Shown here: in pieces, positions 35,269 through 42,360 of the stretch
Layout of the letters: each line of letters opens with the position of its first letter
Position numbering within the stretch: the stretch's first letter is position 1
Origin: an uncultured bacterium
GTDB taxonomy: Bacteria > J088
Assembly: GCA_964617795.1 (NCBI GenBank)
Contig: CAZUAB010000001.1
Location: 1-42,360, forward strand
Length of the DNA stretch: 42,360 bases
Direction of reading: 5' to 3'
Notes under the pieces: model-generated
Told to the model about the DNA's origin: nothing
Database searches by the model: none
Seen by the model: the letters and a program-made list of their open reading frames with translations, nothing else
Program-made: the position numbers and the translations under genes

Positions 35269-36428
35269 GTAAGCTCGCGCGACGAGACGTGATTCGCGGT
35301 TTGGTTGGCCTGAGCGGTCTCGGGGCGCTGGCCTCTTGCACCCCTTGGAAAGACCCGATCATCGACCGCAACCTGCCCCGTCCAAACGGTGATGTGCAAG
35401 GCTACCGCGGCCTAGCTGACACACCGTGGTTCACCATCGGCCCGGATGGTGAGTTGACGCTCGATCCGGCCGTGGCCGCCTCACTGCCTTGGGGTACCGA
35501 CTTTCACGCCCATCTGGGGTTTTCGTTCATGTTCGCGCCGCCGCTCGACCTGGGGCACGAAAGTGAGCACGTTCACTACCTGATGGACTGCGACGCCTTC
35601 GAATCTTGCCGCTACGCCTTCGACGACTACCTCAACAAGATCGCCACACCCGAAGTGCTGTCCGAGATGGAGCGACGACTGACCGGGCAGGCGTTACCTG
35701 GTGGGTCGGATGCGGCCCGAACCCATACAATCCCTAACCTGGTCCGCGAGATGGACCGTATGAAAATACGGCGGGCCGTGCTGCTGTCGGTGGTGCCGAA
35801 ACTGCCGTTTCGCAACAACGCAACCGATGCCTGGATCGAAGCCCTTGCGGCCTCGCCGTATCGCGACCGTTTTGTGCTGTTTGCCGGCGTCCACCCGCTG
35901 GACGGTGGAGCGCCGGCCCAACTCGCCAAATTTGTCACCAAGGGCGCGCGCGGCGTCAAGCTGCACCCGCCGATGCAGCAGTTCTCGCCCGCCGACCCGC
36001 AGGTCTTCAAGGTCTACGAGGTCTGCGCCAACGCCCGTATTCCGGTCTTCTTCCATGCCGGTCGTGCCGGTATTGAGCCAAAATCCAGCCGCCCATTCGC
36101 ACGGATGGATAACTATGTGGCACCGGTCAGGGCCTTCCCTGAATTGAACTTCGTCTTCGGCCACGCCGGCGCCCGCGACTGGGAGGCAGCCGCTACAATC
36201 GCCGAGAAATACCCCAACGTCTACCTCGAGATCGAGGGGCAAGGCGTCGCCGAAATGAAGCAGATTTTGAAGCGGGTACCTGCCGAGCAGCTTCTGTTCG
36301 GCTCGGACTGGCCCTTCTACCCACTGGCAGCAACCGTGGCCCGGGTGCTGATGGCCACCGAGGGCGACCCGCACACCCGCGACCTCATTCTGGCCGGCAA
36401 TGCTGAACGTCTACTCGGGCCAGCCTGA
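35265..36428 (+). CDS. Amidohydrolase-2 (TIM-barrel metal hydrolase) family protein, Tat-signal lipoprotein
   Basis: ATGA overlap with map. MSKLARRDVIRGLVGLSGLGALASC combines a twin-Arg signal with a lipobox. Metal motifs GTDFHAHLG, VKLHP, FFHAG, FGSDWPF. Confidence 0.8.
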   Translation: MSKLARRDVIRGLVGLSGLGALASCTPWKDPIIDRNLPRPNGDVQGYRGLADTPWFTIGPDGELTLDPAVAASLPWGTDFHAHLGFSFMFAPPLDLGHESEHVHYLMDCDAFESCRYAFDDYLNKIATPEVLSEMERRLTGQALPGGSDAARTHTIPNLVREMDRMKIRRAVLLSVVPKLPFRNNATDAWIEALAASPYRDRFVLFAGVHPLDGGAPAQLAKFVTKGARGVKLHPPMQQFSPADPQVFKVYEVCANARIPVFFHAGRAGIEPKSSRPFARMDNYVAPVRAFPELNFVFGHAGARDWEAAATIAEKYPNVYLEIEGQGVAEMKQILKRVPAEQLLFGSDWPFYPLAATVARVLMATEGDPHTRDLILAGNAERLLGPA

Positions 36429-36443
36429 CAGCCGGCCAAGCAG

Positions 36444-37499
36444 CTACTTCTGATCGACGGCCGAGCGGCCGCTGACCTCGGGCAGTCGGGGCAGCGCCTG
36501 CTCGGGCATTGGGCCAGTCAGCGCCTCCAGAAAAGCGACGATCCGCTTCACGTCCTTGTCGGACAGCTTCTTGTCGAGCTGAACAGCAGCCATCACGCGC
36601 ACGGCTTCGTCGAGCGTCGCCACCGCGCCGTTATGGAAGTACGGCGCCGTCAGTGCGATGTTGCGCAGGGTCGGCACGCGGAACATGTGCTTGTCGGCCT
36701 CGTTTCCGGTTGCCTCAAAGCGGCCAAGATCGGAGGCCAGGCCATATTGGGCAACGTAGGGGCTCTTCTCGAAGGTCGGAAACTTCTGGAAAAACCCGGT
36801 GCCCATGGGCAGTGCATCGGGACCTGCAAAGGCGCCACCACTATGGCACGCAAGGCAGCCGACGCTGCGAAACAGCTCGGCGCCGGCGACGGCTTCCTTG
36901 GAAATGGCCTTCTTGTCACCGGCCAAAAAGCGGTCAAAAGGGTCGCCCGGCGTAACTAGCGTACGCTCATAGGCAGCAATCGCCTTGGCCACGTTATCGA
37001 TGGTCAGGGCCGCATTGCCACCGCCAAAAACATCGGCAAAGGCTTGTACGTAACCCGGGATCGTCCGCAGCCGAGCAACGGCTGCGGCATGGTCGGGCTG
37101 GCCCATTTCGACCGGGTTGATGATCGGCCCTTTGGCCTGACCTTCGAGTGACGGCTCACGGCCGTCCCAAAACTGCACAGTCAGGTAGGCGGAGTTCCAA
37201 ACGGTCGGTCCATTGCGGCTGCCCCGCTGCCCACGAATTCCGGCGGAGGTCGCGCGGTCGTCATCACCACCGGCCATCACATTGTGGCAGGAGTTGCAGG
37301 AAAGCGTGCCGTCAAACGACAGCCGAGGATCGAAATAAAGCTGCTTGCCAAGCTCGATCTTGGCGGGAGTCATCACGTTGTCGGTCGGGATCGGTGGCTG
37401 CGGCGGCAGCGGCGAAAAGCCAGCCGGGTCGAATGCGGCAGCCGTGGAAGCCGCCAGAACGGCCACGAAAAGGGGAACAAACCAGAACTGCTTAGGCAT
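36444..37499 (-). CDS. Di-haem cytochrome c peroxidase (CCP/MauG family)
   Basis: ORF trimmed to MPKQFWFVPLFVAVLAASTAAA, with GGAGG upstream. Two haem motifs, CNSCH and CLACH. Also FDPRLSFDGTLSCNSCH, VPTLRNIALTAPYFHNG. Confidence 0.9.
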   Translation of the reverse strand: MPKQFWFVPLFVAVLAASTAAAFDPAGFSPLPPQPPIPTDNVMTPAKIELGKQLYFDPRLSFDGTLSCNSCHNVMAGGDDDRATSAGIRGQRGSRNGPTVWNSAYLTVQFWDGREPSLEGQAKGPIINPVEMGQPDHAAAVARLRTIPGYVQAFADVFGGGNAALTIDNVAKAIAAYERTLVTPGDPFDRFLAGDKKAISKEAVAGAELFRSVGCLACHSGGAFAGPDALPMGTGFFQKFPTFEKSPYVAQYGLASDLGRFEATGNEADKHMFRVPTLRNIALTAPYFHNGAVATLDEAVRVMAAVQLDKKLSDKDVKRIVAFLEALTGPMPEQALPRLPEVSGRSAVDQK

Positions 37500-37545
37500 G
37501 GCGAACCCTCCTGACGACGAGGATACAGATATCGAAATCATTCTA

Positions 37546-38679
37546 TCAATTGGCCGTACTGTGGGAAAATGACCTTCCCGGTCGGCCCTCAAGCAACGCA
37601 TCGGCCACAGCATACCACGCCAGTTTCCGATCAAGATCCTGATCATACAATAGCGGCGCACTCCAGCCGGCAAAAAAGCGCGGTACCCAGGAACGCCCAT
37701 CATCGATACCCCAGAAGACGATCGTCGTGCACGCAGTCACCCGCAAACAGGCGCGCGTAAGCCGCCGCATTGCGATGGCCTGTCGCACCTTTTGACGAAC
37801 CGTCGGCTCGCCTGGAATGGCCACGTCGACTTCGGTGAGATGAATTTCGAGGCCCAAGGCAGCGAAGCGCTCCAAGTTACGCACCAGGGTATCTTCATCG
37901 GGCAATTCGAAGTGCATATGCGCTTGTAGGCCTACGCCGTGAATCGGCACGCCCTCATCGAGCAAGGTCCGCAGTAGCGTCAGCACGCGGTCGGCTTTGC
38001 GGTTGGGTGCTTCGATACGGAAGTCATTGTAAAACAACCGGGCGGCAGGATCGGCAGCGTGTGCCGCTCGGAACGCCTCGGCGATATAGCCATCGCCCAG
38101 AGTGCGCCGCCACAGTGTGTCGCGCAGCGGGTCGCGAAAGAAGCCAGCCACGGCCTCGTTGACGACATCCCAGGCCTCGATGTGGCCGCGCCAGCGCCCG
38201 ACGACCGTACGGATATGCTCCAACATGGCTGCCCGCAAGGCCTCCGCCGTCCATTCGACCGCAGGCTCGCGGAGCCAGCCCGGCAGGCCGCCGTGCCAGA
38301 CCAAGGTATGGCCGCGGACCGCCTGCCCATTCATCCGCGCAAAGCGGACCAGATTGTCGGCGGGCGCAAAACTCCACGTACCGGGCTGCGGCTGCAGGGC
38401 CTGCCATTTCATCGCATTTTCGGCCACAAGCACATGGGCCTCGCGGGCAATATCGCGCAAGGCCGGATCGCGGCGCAGGGCGGCCGGATCGACGGCCCAG
38501 CCGATTCGTAGCCCAACCGCATTCCCCAGATCGCGTAGCGTCACGCCGGGCGGCGGCACCGCCCACGCGCGCGGATCTTCATGCGGGCCGCTGGGCTCGA
38601 CGGCCCGAAAGTCCTCGACGGCACCAAGCATCAAGAAGGTCCCGAGGAAGCGCGCGGCGAGCAGTTTGAACCAGATCAC
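37546..38679 (-). CDS. Glycoside hydrolase family 10 (endo-1,4-beta-xylanase-like)
   Basis: AENAMKWQALQP, RGHTLVWH, WDVVNEAV (acid/base Glu), FYNDF, GVGLQAH, HLTEVDV (nucleophile Glu), VFWGIDDGRSW. N-terminal hydrophobic anchor. Confidence 0.85.
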   Translation of the reverse strand: MIWFKLLAARFLGTFLMLGAVEDFRAVEPSGPHEDPRAWAVPPPGVTLRDLGNAVGLRIGWAVDPAALRRDPALRDIAREAHVLVAENAMKWQALQPQPGTWSFAPADNLVRFARMNGQAVRGHTLVWHGGLPGWLREPAVEWTAEALRAAMLEHIRTVVGRWRGHIEAWDVVNEAVAGFFRDPLRDTLWRRTLGDGYIAEAFRAAHAADPAARLFYNDFRIEAPNRKADRVLTLLRTLLDEGVPIHGVGLQAHMHFELPDEDTLVRNLERFAALGLEIHLTEVDVAIPGEPTVRQKVRQAIAMRRLTRACLRVTACTTIVFWGIDDGRSWVPRFFAGWSAPLLYDQDLDRKLAWYAVADALLEGRPGRSFSHSTAN

Positions 38680-38685
38680 GCCGCC

Positions 38686-40485
38686 TCAGGGCCCCGTTTT
38701 CGCCCACGGCGGCACGACACGGATCAGATCGGGCTGCCCGTCTTCGACGTGCCAAGCCGGGAACGCGCCGTTGGAGGCCCAAGCCGATCCATCGGGCGCA
38801 ATGTCAATGTCCCGTGTAAACGTCATGCGGTCGGGCAGCGGCACCACGTGCCAGCGCTGCCCGACGATCTCGAAGGCCATCAAGGTGTCGCTGTTGGTAC
38901 CGGTCACCCAGACGACGCCGCGCCGACGATCCATGCCGAGCGCGTAGGGCGTTTCGGAGCCAACCGGCTCGACCGGCAACTCGAAACGCTCGAAGCGCCG
39001 CGTCACCCGATCCAAACGCACGAGTTCGGATTCGGGAAACGCTGTAAACCAAGGATGCCCCGCGCCATCAACGCGAATCCGCCGCGGCCCCGTCACCGGC
39101 GCCGGGATCAACTCCAACTCCAGCGTTTCGGCATCGATCCGCCCGATGTCACCGGCATGCATGCGGGTAAACCAAACCGTACCGTCGGGCGCCACGTCGA
39201 GCCCGTAGGGCAGCGGCACGCCCGATGAAATCATGTCGATCGGGAACTTGCTGAGCGGCAGGCCCCAGTCGGCAGCGAGCCGGAACAGCAGCGGCATCGC
39301 CCACAGCGTGATCGTCTCACGCCAGTTGCGCGACGGCAGATCGAACAGACGGGTCTCGCCGCTGCGTCGGTCGAGCATGCCGATCTGATTGGACAGCGCC
39401 AGCGTGAACCAAAGACGGCCGCGGCCGTCCGCGCGAATCGTGTGCGGATACATCCCGCCCGGCAGCCGATGGACTGTGAACTCGCCGCTCGCTGGCGCAA
39501 ACTCGATAATCCTTCGCACATTCGACGGCGTCATAAACAGGTGACCATCGGCTGGGTCTTCGGCCAGCGAATGCAGTGCCACATAGTCGACGTGGCGTGG
39601 AAATGCCGCAAGCCGAGCTGCGATCATGCCGCCGATGCGGTCGTCGGGATCGTGCGGCAATACGTGGATTCGGAAGATCCCGGCGGCCGGATCGAACTCC
39701 CACAGGCGATCTTGAATGTTGTCGCCCACATAGATGCTCCCGTTCGGGTGCGCCAATGAATCGTGCATCTGCGAAAAGCCGTCGCCGGCCGGCCATGTCT
39801 CAACACGAAAGCCGTGCAGATCAGGACCGTGCGGGGTCGCCAAGGGGATCAGGCTCGGATCGGCAAGCAGCTTCGCCCAACCCTGGCTGAGCAAGGCTGG
39901 CATGACCTTCTGATCGCTGCTCGGCATGCGTGCGCCGTAGCCGACCATCCGCGTATTGATCTCGTGCCACGTCGCTTCATCGCGCGGCACCCGGATCGCT
40001 GCTGAGCCCTGCTGGTGACAAAACCCACACTGAAACCGGAATCGTCGCGCCATATCCGGGTCGCCGATCTGTTCGGACAAGGCAGCGGTCCAGGCATTGG
40101 ATGGGCGTGCCCAGGCGGCCATCCGTGGATCATCATAGGGCGCCAAGGTCACTGTGGTCGTGGTCCGCGCCACTCCTACGGCAACCTCCACGTCGATATA
40201 TTCCGGTAGACGCACCCTCAAACGACCAGGCGCCGCCACGTCAAGCGTGGCCTTGCCGTCGGCATCACTGAACACCGTCGTGCGTGCCACAGTCGGGTGG
40301 TCTACGTCGCGCTGCGGGTAGCCGTCGTCGTCAGTACCAAGCGGCGGCATATTCTCCGGCGTCCAGGTGGCCATGGCGCCGACGAGCGGCGTGCCGCCGG
40401 CGTCAACTATGCGAACCTCCAGTGCAGCGGCGGATGTGGCAGCTAGCGTGGCGAGAACAGCGACCAAAACATGCATACGGCTCAT
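38686..40485 (-). CDS. Secreted fusion protein: CarboxypepD_reg-like domain + mono-haem CxxCH segment + Vgb/streptogramin-lyase-like beta-propeller
   Basis: Signal peptide MSRMHVLVAVLATLAATSAAA. LEVRIVDAGGTPLVGAMATW (CarboxypepD_reg-like). FQCGFCHQQGS (CxxCH) with downstream INTRMVGYGARM. Repeated blades DGRGRLWFT, DGTVWFT, AGHPWFT, RGVVWVT. ATGA overlap with the SDR gene. Confidence 0.7.
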   Translation of the reverse strand: MSRMHVLVAVLATLAATSAAALEVRIVDAGGTPLVGAMATWTPENMPPLGTDDDGYPQRDVDHPTVARTTVFSDADGKATLDVAAPGRLRVRLPEYIDVEVAVGVARTTTTVTLAPYDDPRMAAWARPSNAWTAALSEQIGDPDMARRFRFQCGFCHQQGSAAIRVPRDEATWHEINTRMVGYGARMPSSDQKVMPALLSQGWAKLLADPSLIPLATPHGPDLHGFRVETWPAGDGFSQMHDSLAHPNGSIYVGDNIQDRLWEFDPAAGIFRIHVLPHDPDDRIGGMIAARLAAFPRHVDYVALHSLAEDPADGHLFMTPSNVRRIIEFAPASGEFTVHRLPGGMYPHTIRADGRGRLWFTLALSNQIGMLDRRSGETRLFDLPSRNWRETITLWAMPLLFRLAADWGLPLSKFPIDMISSGVPLPYGLDVAPDGTVWFTRMHAGDIGRIDAETLELELIPAPVTGPRRIRVDGAGHPWFTAFPESELVRLDRVTRRFERFELPVEPVGSETPYALGMDRRRGVVWVTGTNSDTLMAFEIVGQRWHVVPLPDRMTFTRDIDIAPDGSAWASNGAFPAWHVEDGQPDLIRVVPPWAKTGP

Positions 40486-41450
40486 CGGGAACCTCCAGCG
40501 GAAAGATCGGGGCGGGCGGTAAAAAATGCCGTCAAAACCTCGCGTGAACTACGACGCGGCAGCGTGGGAAAATCGCGGCGCAGGCGATCGTTGGCCAGCA
40601 CCGGGCGCCAGCGCAGAAAACGAACTTGCTCGGGCCCCCACGGCACAAGCCTCAGTGGATGCAGCACGGCCAACACAGCCGCCAGCACAAACGCCGGCAC
40701 AGGCAGTACGCGCTTACCGAGCAAGTGGGCGATCTCCGCCACCGGTACAGCGCCATCGCCTGCCACGTTGTAAATACCACTGCGCTGCTCGACGACCCCG
40801 ATCCGGATGATCTCCGCGACGTCATCGACGTCGATGGCGACAAAAGGGCTGTCGCTGCCGGCAATCGCAATGATGACGGGGCGCGCGAAGATGGCCGTGA
40901 TCGGATTGTCGACACCGGGTCCGAGCACGGTGCCGGGGCGCAAAATGAGCTGCGCCGGGCCACACCCGTCTTGCCGCCATTTGGCCAGAATCTCCTCGAT
41001 TTCGCGCTTGTGGTCCGAGTAGGGAAACTCTGCATTTCCCCGCAAGGCGTCATCTTCACGAAGCGGTACCGGATTGTCGGCGTGGTAGCCATAGGCAGCG
41101 CCGCTCGATGTTATGATCAACTGCTGACTGCCAGCGGATTCTGCCAGCTCTAGCAGTCGTTCGACCGAGCCGACGTCGATATCGTGCACGATCTGTCGTG
41201 TCATTCCGGGCGGCACCGCGACGATCGAGGCCAGATGCACGATGACCTGCGGCTTTGTACGCTTGAACAAAGCCGCCAATCCCTCGCGGTCGCGCAGATC
41301 CAACGCCACGAATTCGACGCCCCGAAGAGGCTCTGGCGGCGTACGTAAATCGGTCGCGACAATTTTGAGCTCGGGCTCTGCAGCCAGCTTTTGCACCACA
41401 CGGCTGCCGAGAAAACCCGCGGCCCCAGTAACAAGAACGGTTCGGGTCAT
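40482..41450 (-). CDS. NAD-dependent epimerase/dehydratase (extended SDR)
   Basis: ORF trimmed to MTRTVLVTGAAGFLGSRV (GxxGxxG). Catalytic YSDHK (YxxxK). ATGA overlap with the BASS gene. Confidence 0.85.
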   Translation of the reverse strand: MTRTVLVTGAAGFLGSRVVQKLAAEPELKIVATDLRTPPEPLRGVEFVALDLRDREGLAALFKRTKPQVIVHLASIVAVPPGMTRQIVHDIDVGSVERLLELAESAGSQQLIITSSGAAYGYHADNPVPLREDDALRGNAEFPYSDHKREIEEILAKWRQDGCGPAQLILRPGTVLGPGVDNPITAIFARPVIIAIAGSDSPFVAIDVDDVAEIIRIGVVEQRSGIYNVAGDGAVPVAEIAHLLGKRVLPVPAFVLAAVLAVLHPLRLVPWGPEQVRFLRWRPVLANDRLRRDFPTLPRRSSREVLTAFFTARPDLSAGGSR

Positions 41451-42337
41451 TGGGTGTTCGTTTCCGGAAGAGGGATGCGGCGCAAGACGGCCGCCAGCAA
41501 GCTGCCAGAAATGATATGCCAGACGCCCCAGAGACTGCACAGGACGATCATCGGCATGGCGGTGCCGCTCTGACCGAATTGCGCCAAGGTCACCCCGAGG
41601 GCGAGCGCCGAGTTCTGCATGCCGACCTCGATGGTCACGGCCCGACGCTCGGCCGGCTCAGCACCGAACACAGTGGCCGCGAGCGCGCCAATGGCCAGGG
41701 CCGCTGCATTGTGCGCAACAACCAGCGGAGCCAAACTACCCAGCGCCGACTCAAAATTGGCCCAATCCTTGATGGCTGCGCCAATGATGAACACACCGAG
41801 CCCGAACAGGCCGACCTTAAGTAGCGGCCCGCGCAAGGCGTCCGCAAGGCGTGTCTGACGAGCGCGTACGGTCATCCCGGCGGCAAGCGGCAGACCCAGA
41901 ATGGCGATCAGGCTGACGATGAGCTGTGAGGAATCGACCTCGATCGAACGCACCCATTCGGCGGTCGCCGGATTGGCCGCCACCGTCCAGCCAAAATTGA
42001 GCGGCATCATGACAATGGCCGCGACACTGGACATGGCCGTCATGCTCACACTCATCGCCGTCGAGCCACGGGCCAAATGTGTGATGAAGTTGGACATGTT
42101 GCCGCCGGGCGCACTGGCGACGAGCAGCATGCCGGTTTCGACGGCGGGATCAAGGTCGAGTGCAAGCGTCGCCAACCAGGTCATCACCGGCAAGATCAAG
42201 AACTGCGCCAGCATCCCGCCGACGATCGGCCACGGTCGACGGGCCACGCGCCGAAAATCGGCAACGCGCAGGTCGAGCGCGATCGCGAACATCATGGCGC
42301 CGAGGATGCCGCCCAGAATCAGTTGTTGCGCCTGCAC
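41447..42337 (-). CDS. Bile acid:sodium symporter (BASS/SBF) family transporter
   Basis: LLVASAPGGNMSNFITHLARG (GGNxSN motif), polytopic membrane protein. GTG start 23 nt from the right edge. Confidence 0.82.
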   Translation of the reverse strand: MQAQQLILGGILGAMMFAIALDLRVADFRRVARRPWPIVGGMLAQFLILPVMTWLATLALDLDPAVETGMLLVASAPGGNMSNFITHLARGSTAMSVSMTAMSSVAAIVMMPLNFGWTVAANPATAEWVRSIEVDSSQLIVSLIAILGLPLAAGMTVRARQTRLADALRGPLLKVGLFGLGVFIIGAAIKDWANFESALGSLAPLVVAHNAAALAIGALAATVFGAEPAERRAVTIEVGMQNSALALGVTLAQFGQSGTAMPMIVLCSLWGVWHIISGSLLAAVLRRIPLPETNTQ

Positions 42338-42360
42338 CCCGCCACGTTACCCGACGCGGG

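Noticed and set aside
37546-38679. The GH10 gene as evidence for a classical xylan-utilisation locus.
   Set aside because: No xylosidase, xylose isomerase or kinase, TonB receptor or sugar ABC system is nearby. The context is redox and transport genes instead, so the substrate call is left open.

Overview
The window is a GC-rich (roughly 65%) bacterial chromosomal segment with about 37 protein-coding genes, mostly on the minus strand. Many are joined by ATGA, GTGA or TGATG start/stop overlaps, which suggests tightly coupled operons. I found no tRNA, rRNA, CRISPR array, transposase, integrase or prophage gene.

Recognisable content, left to right:
- A MacB/LolD-type ABC exporter. Its permease runs off the left edge and is missing from the ORF track.
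- A phosphate-scavenging neighbourhood: a secreted zinc phospholipase-C-like protein with a MYXO-CTERM-like tail, a cadherin-like lipoprotein, and Tat-exported PhoD.
- A WYL-domain regulator followed by rmuC.
- An ampG / TauE-SafE / DUF819 membrane operon.
- A PAS-GGDEF-EAL c-di-GMP protein.
- MAPEG, a DUF4202 gene and a coupled unknown gene, then argB.
- A CheY-like receiver with a small lipoprotein.
- An aldehyde dehydrogenase, a PH-like membrane protein and an 841-aa lipoprotein in a row.
- A DUF2179 gene, ectABC, and cusCBA preceded by a small Cys/His-rich secreted protein.
- A SEC-C-tagged methionine aminopeptidase coupled to a Tat-lipoprotein amidohydrolase.
- A five-gene minus-strand row: BASS transporter, SDR epimerase, a haem-c plus Vgb-like beta-propeller protein, a GH10 glycosidase and a di-haem cytochrome c peroxidase.

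I could not identify a canonical defence or mobile system. The best leads for something undescribed are:
- the BASS/SDR/haem-propeller/GH10/CCP row;
- the WYL-rmuC pair with a repeated CCGATCC motif between the genes;
- a perfect 51-bp in-frame tandem duplication inside the PH-like membrane protein gene;
- the likely leaderless Cys/His protein ahead of cusCBA.

All family calls come from motif recognition by eye and no searches were run. CDS coordinates follow the ORF-track frames. Coordinates of hairpins, repeats and promoters were hand-counted and may be off by 1-2 nt.
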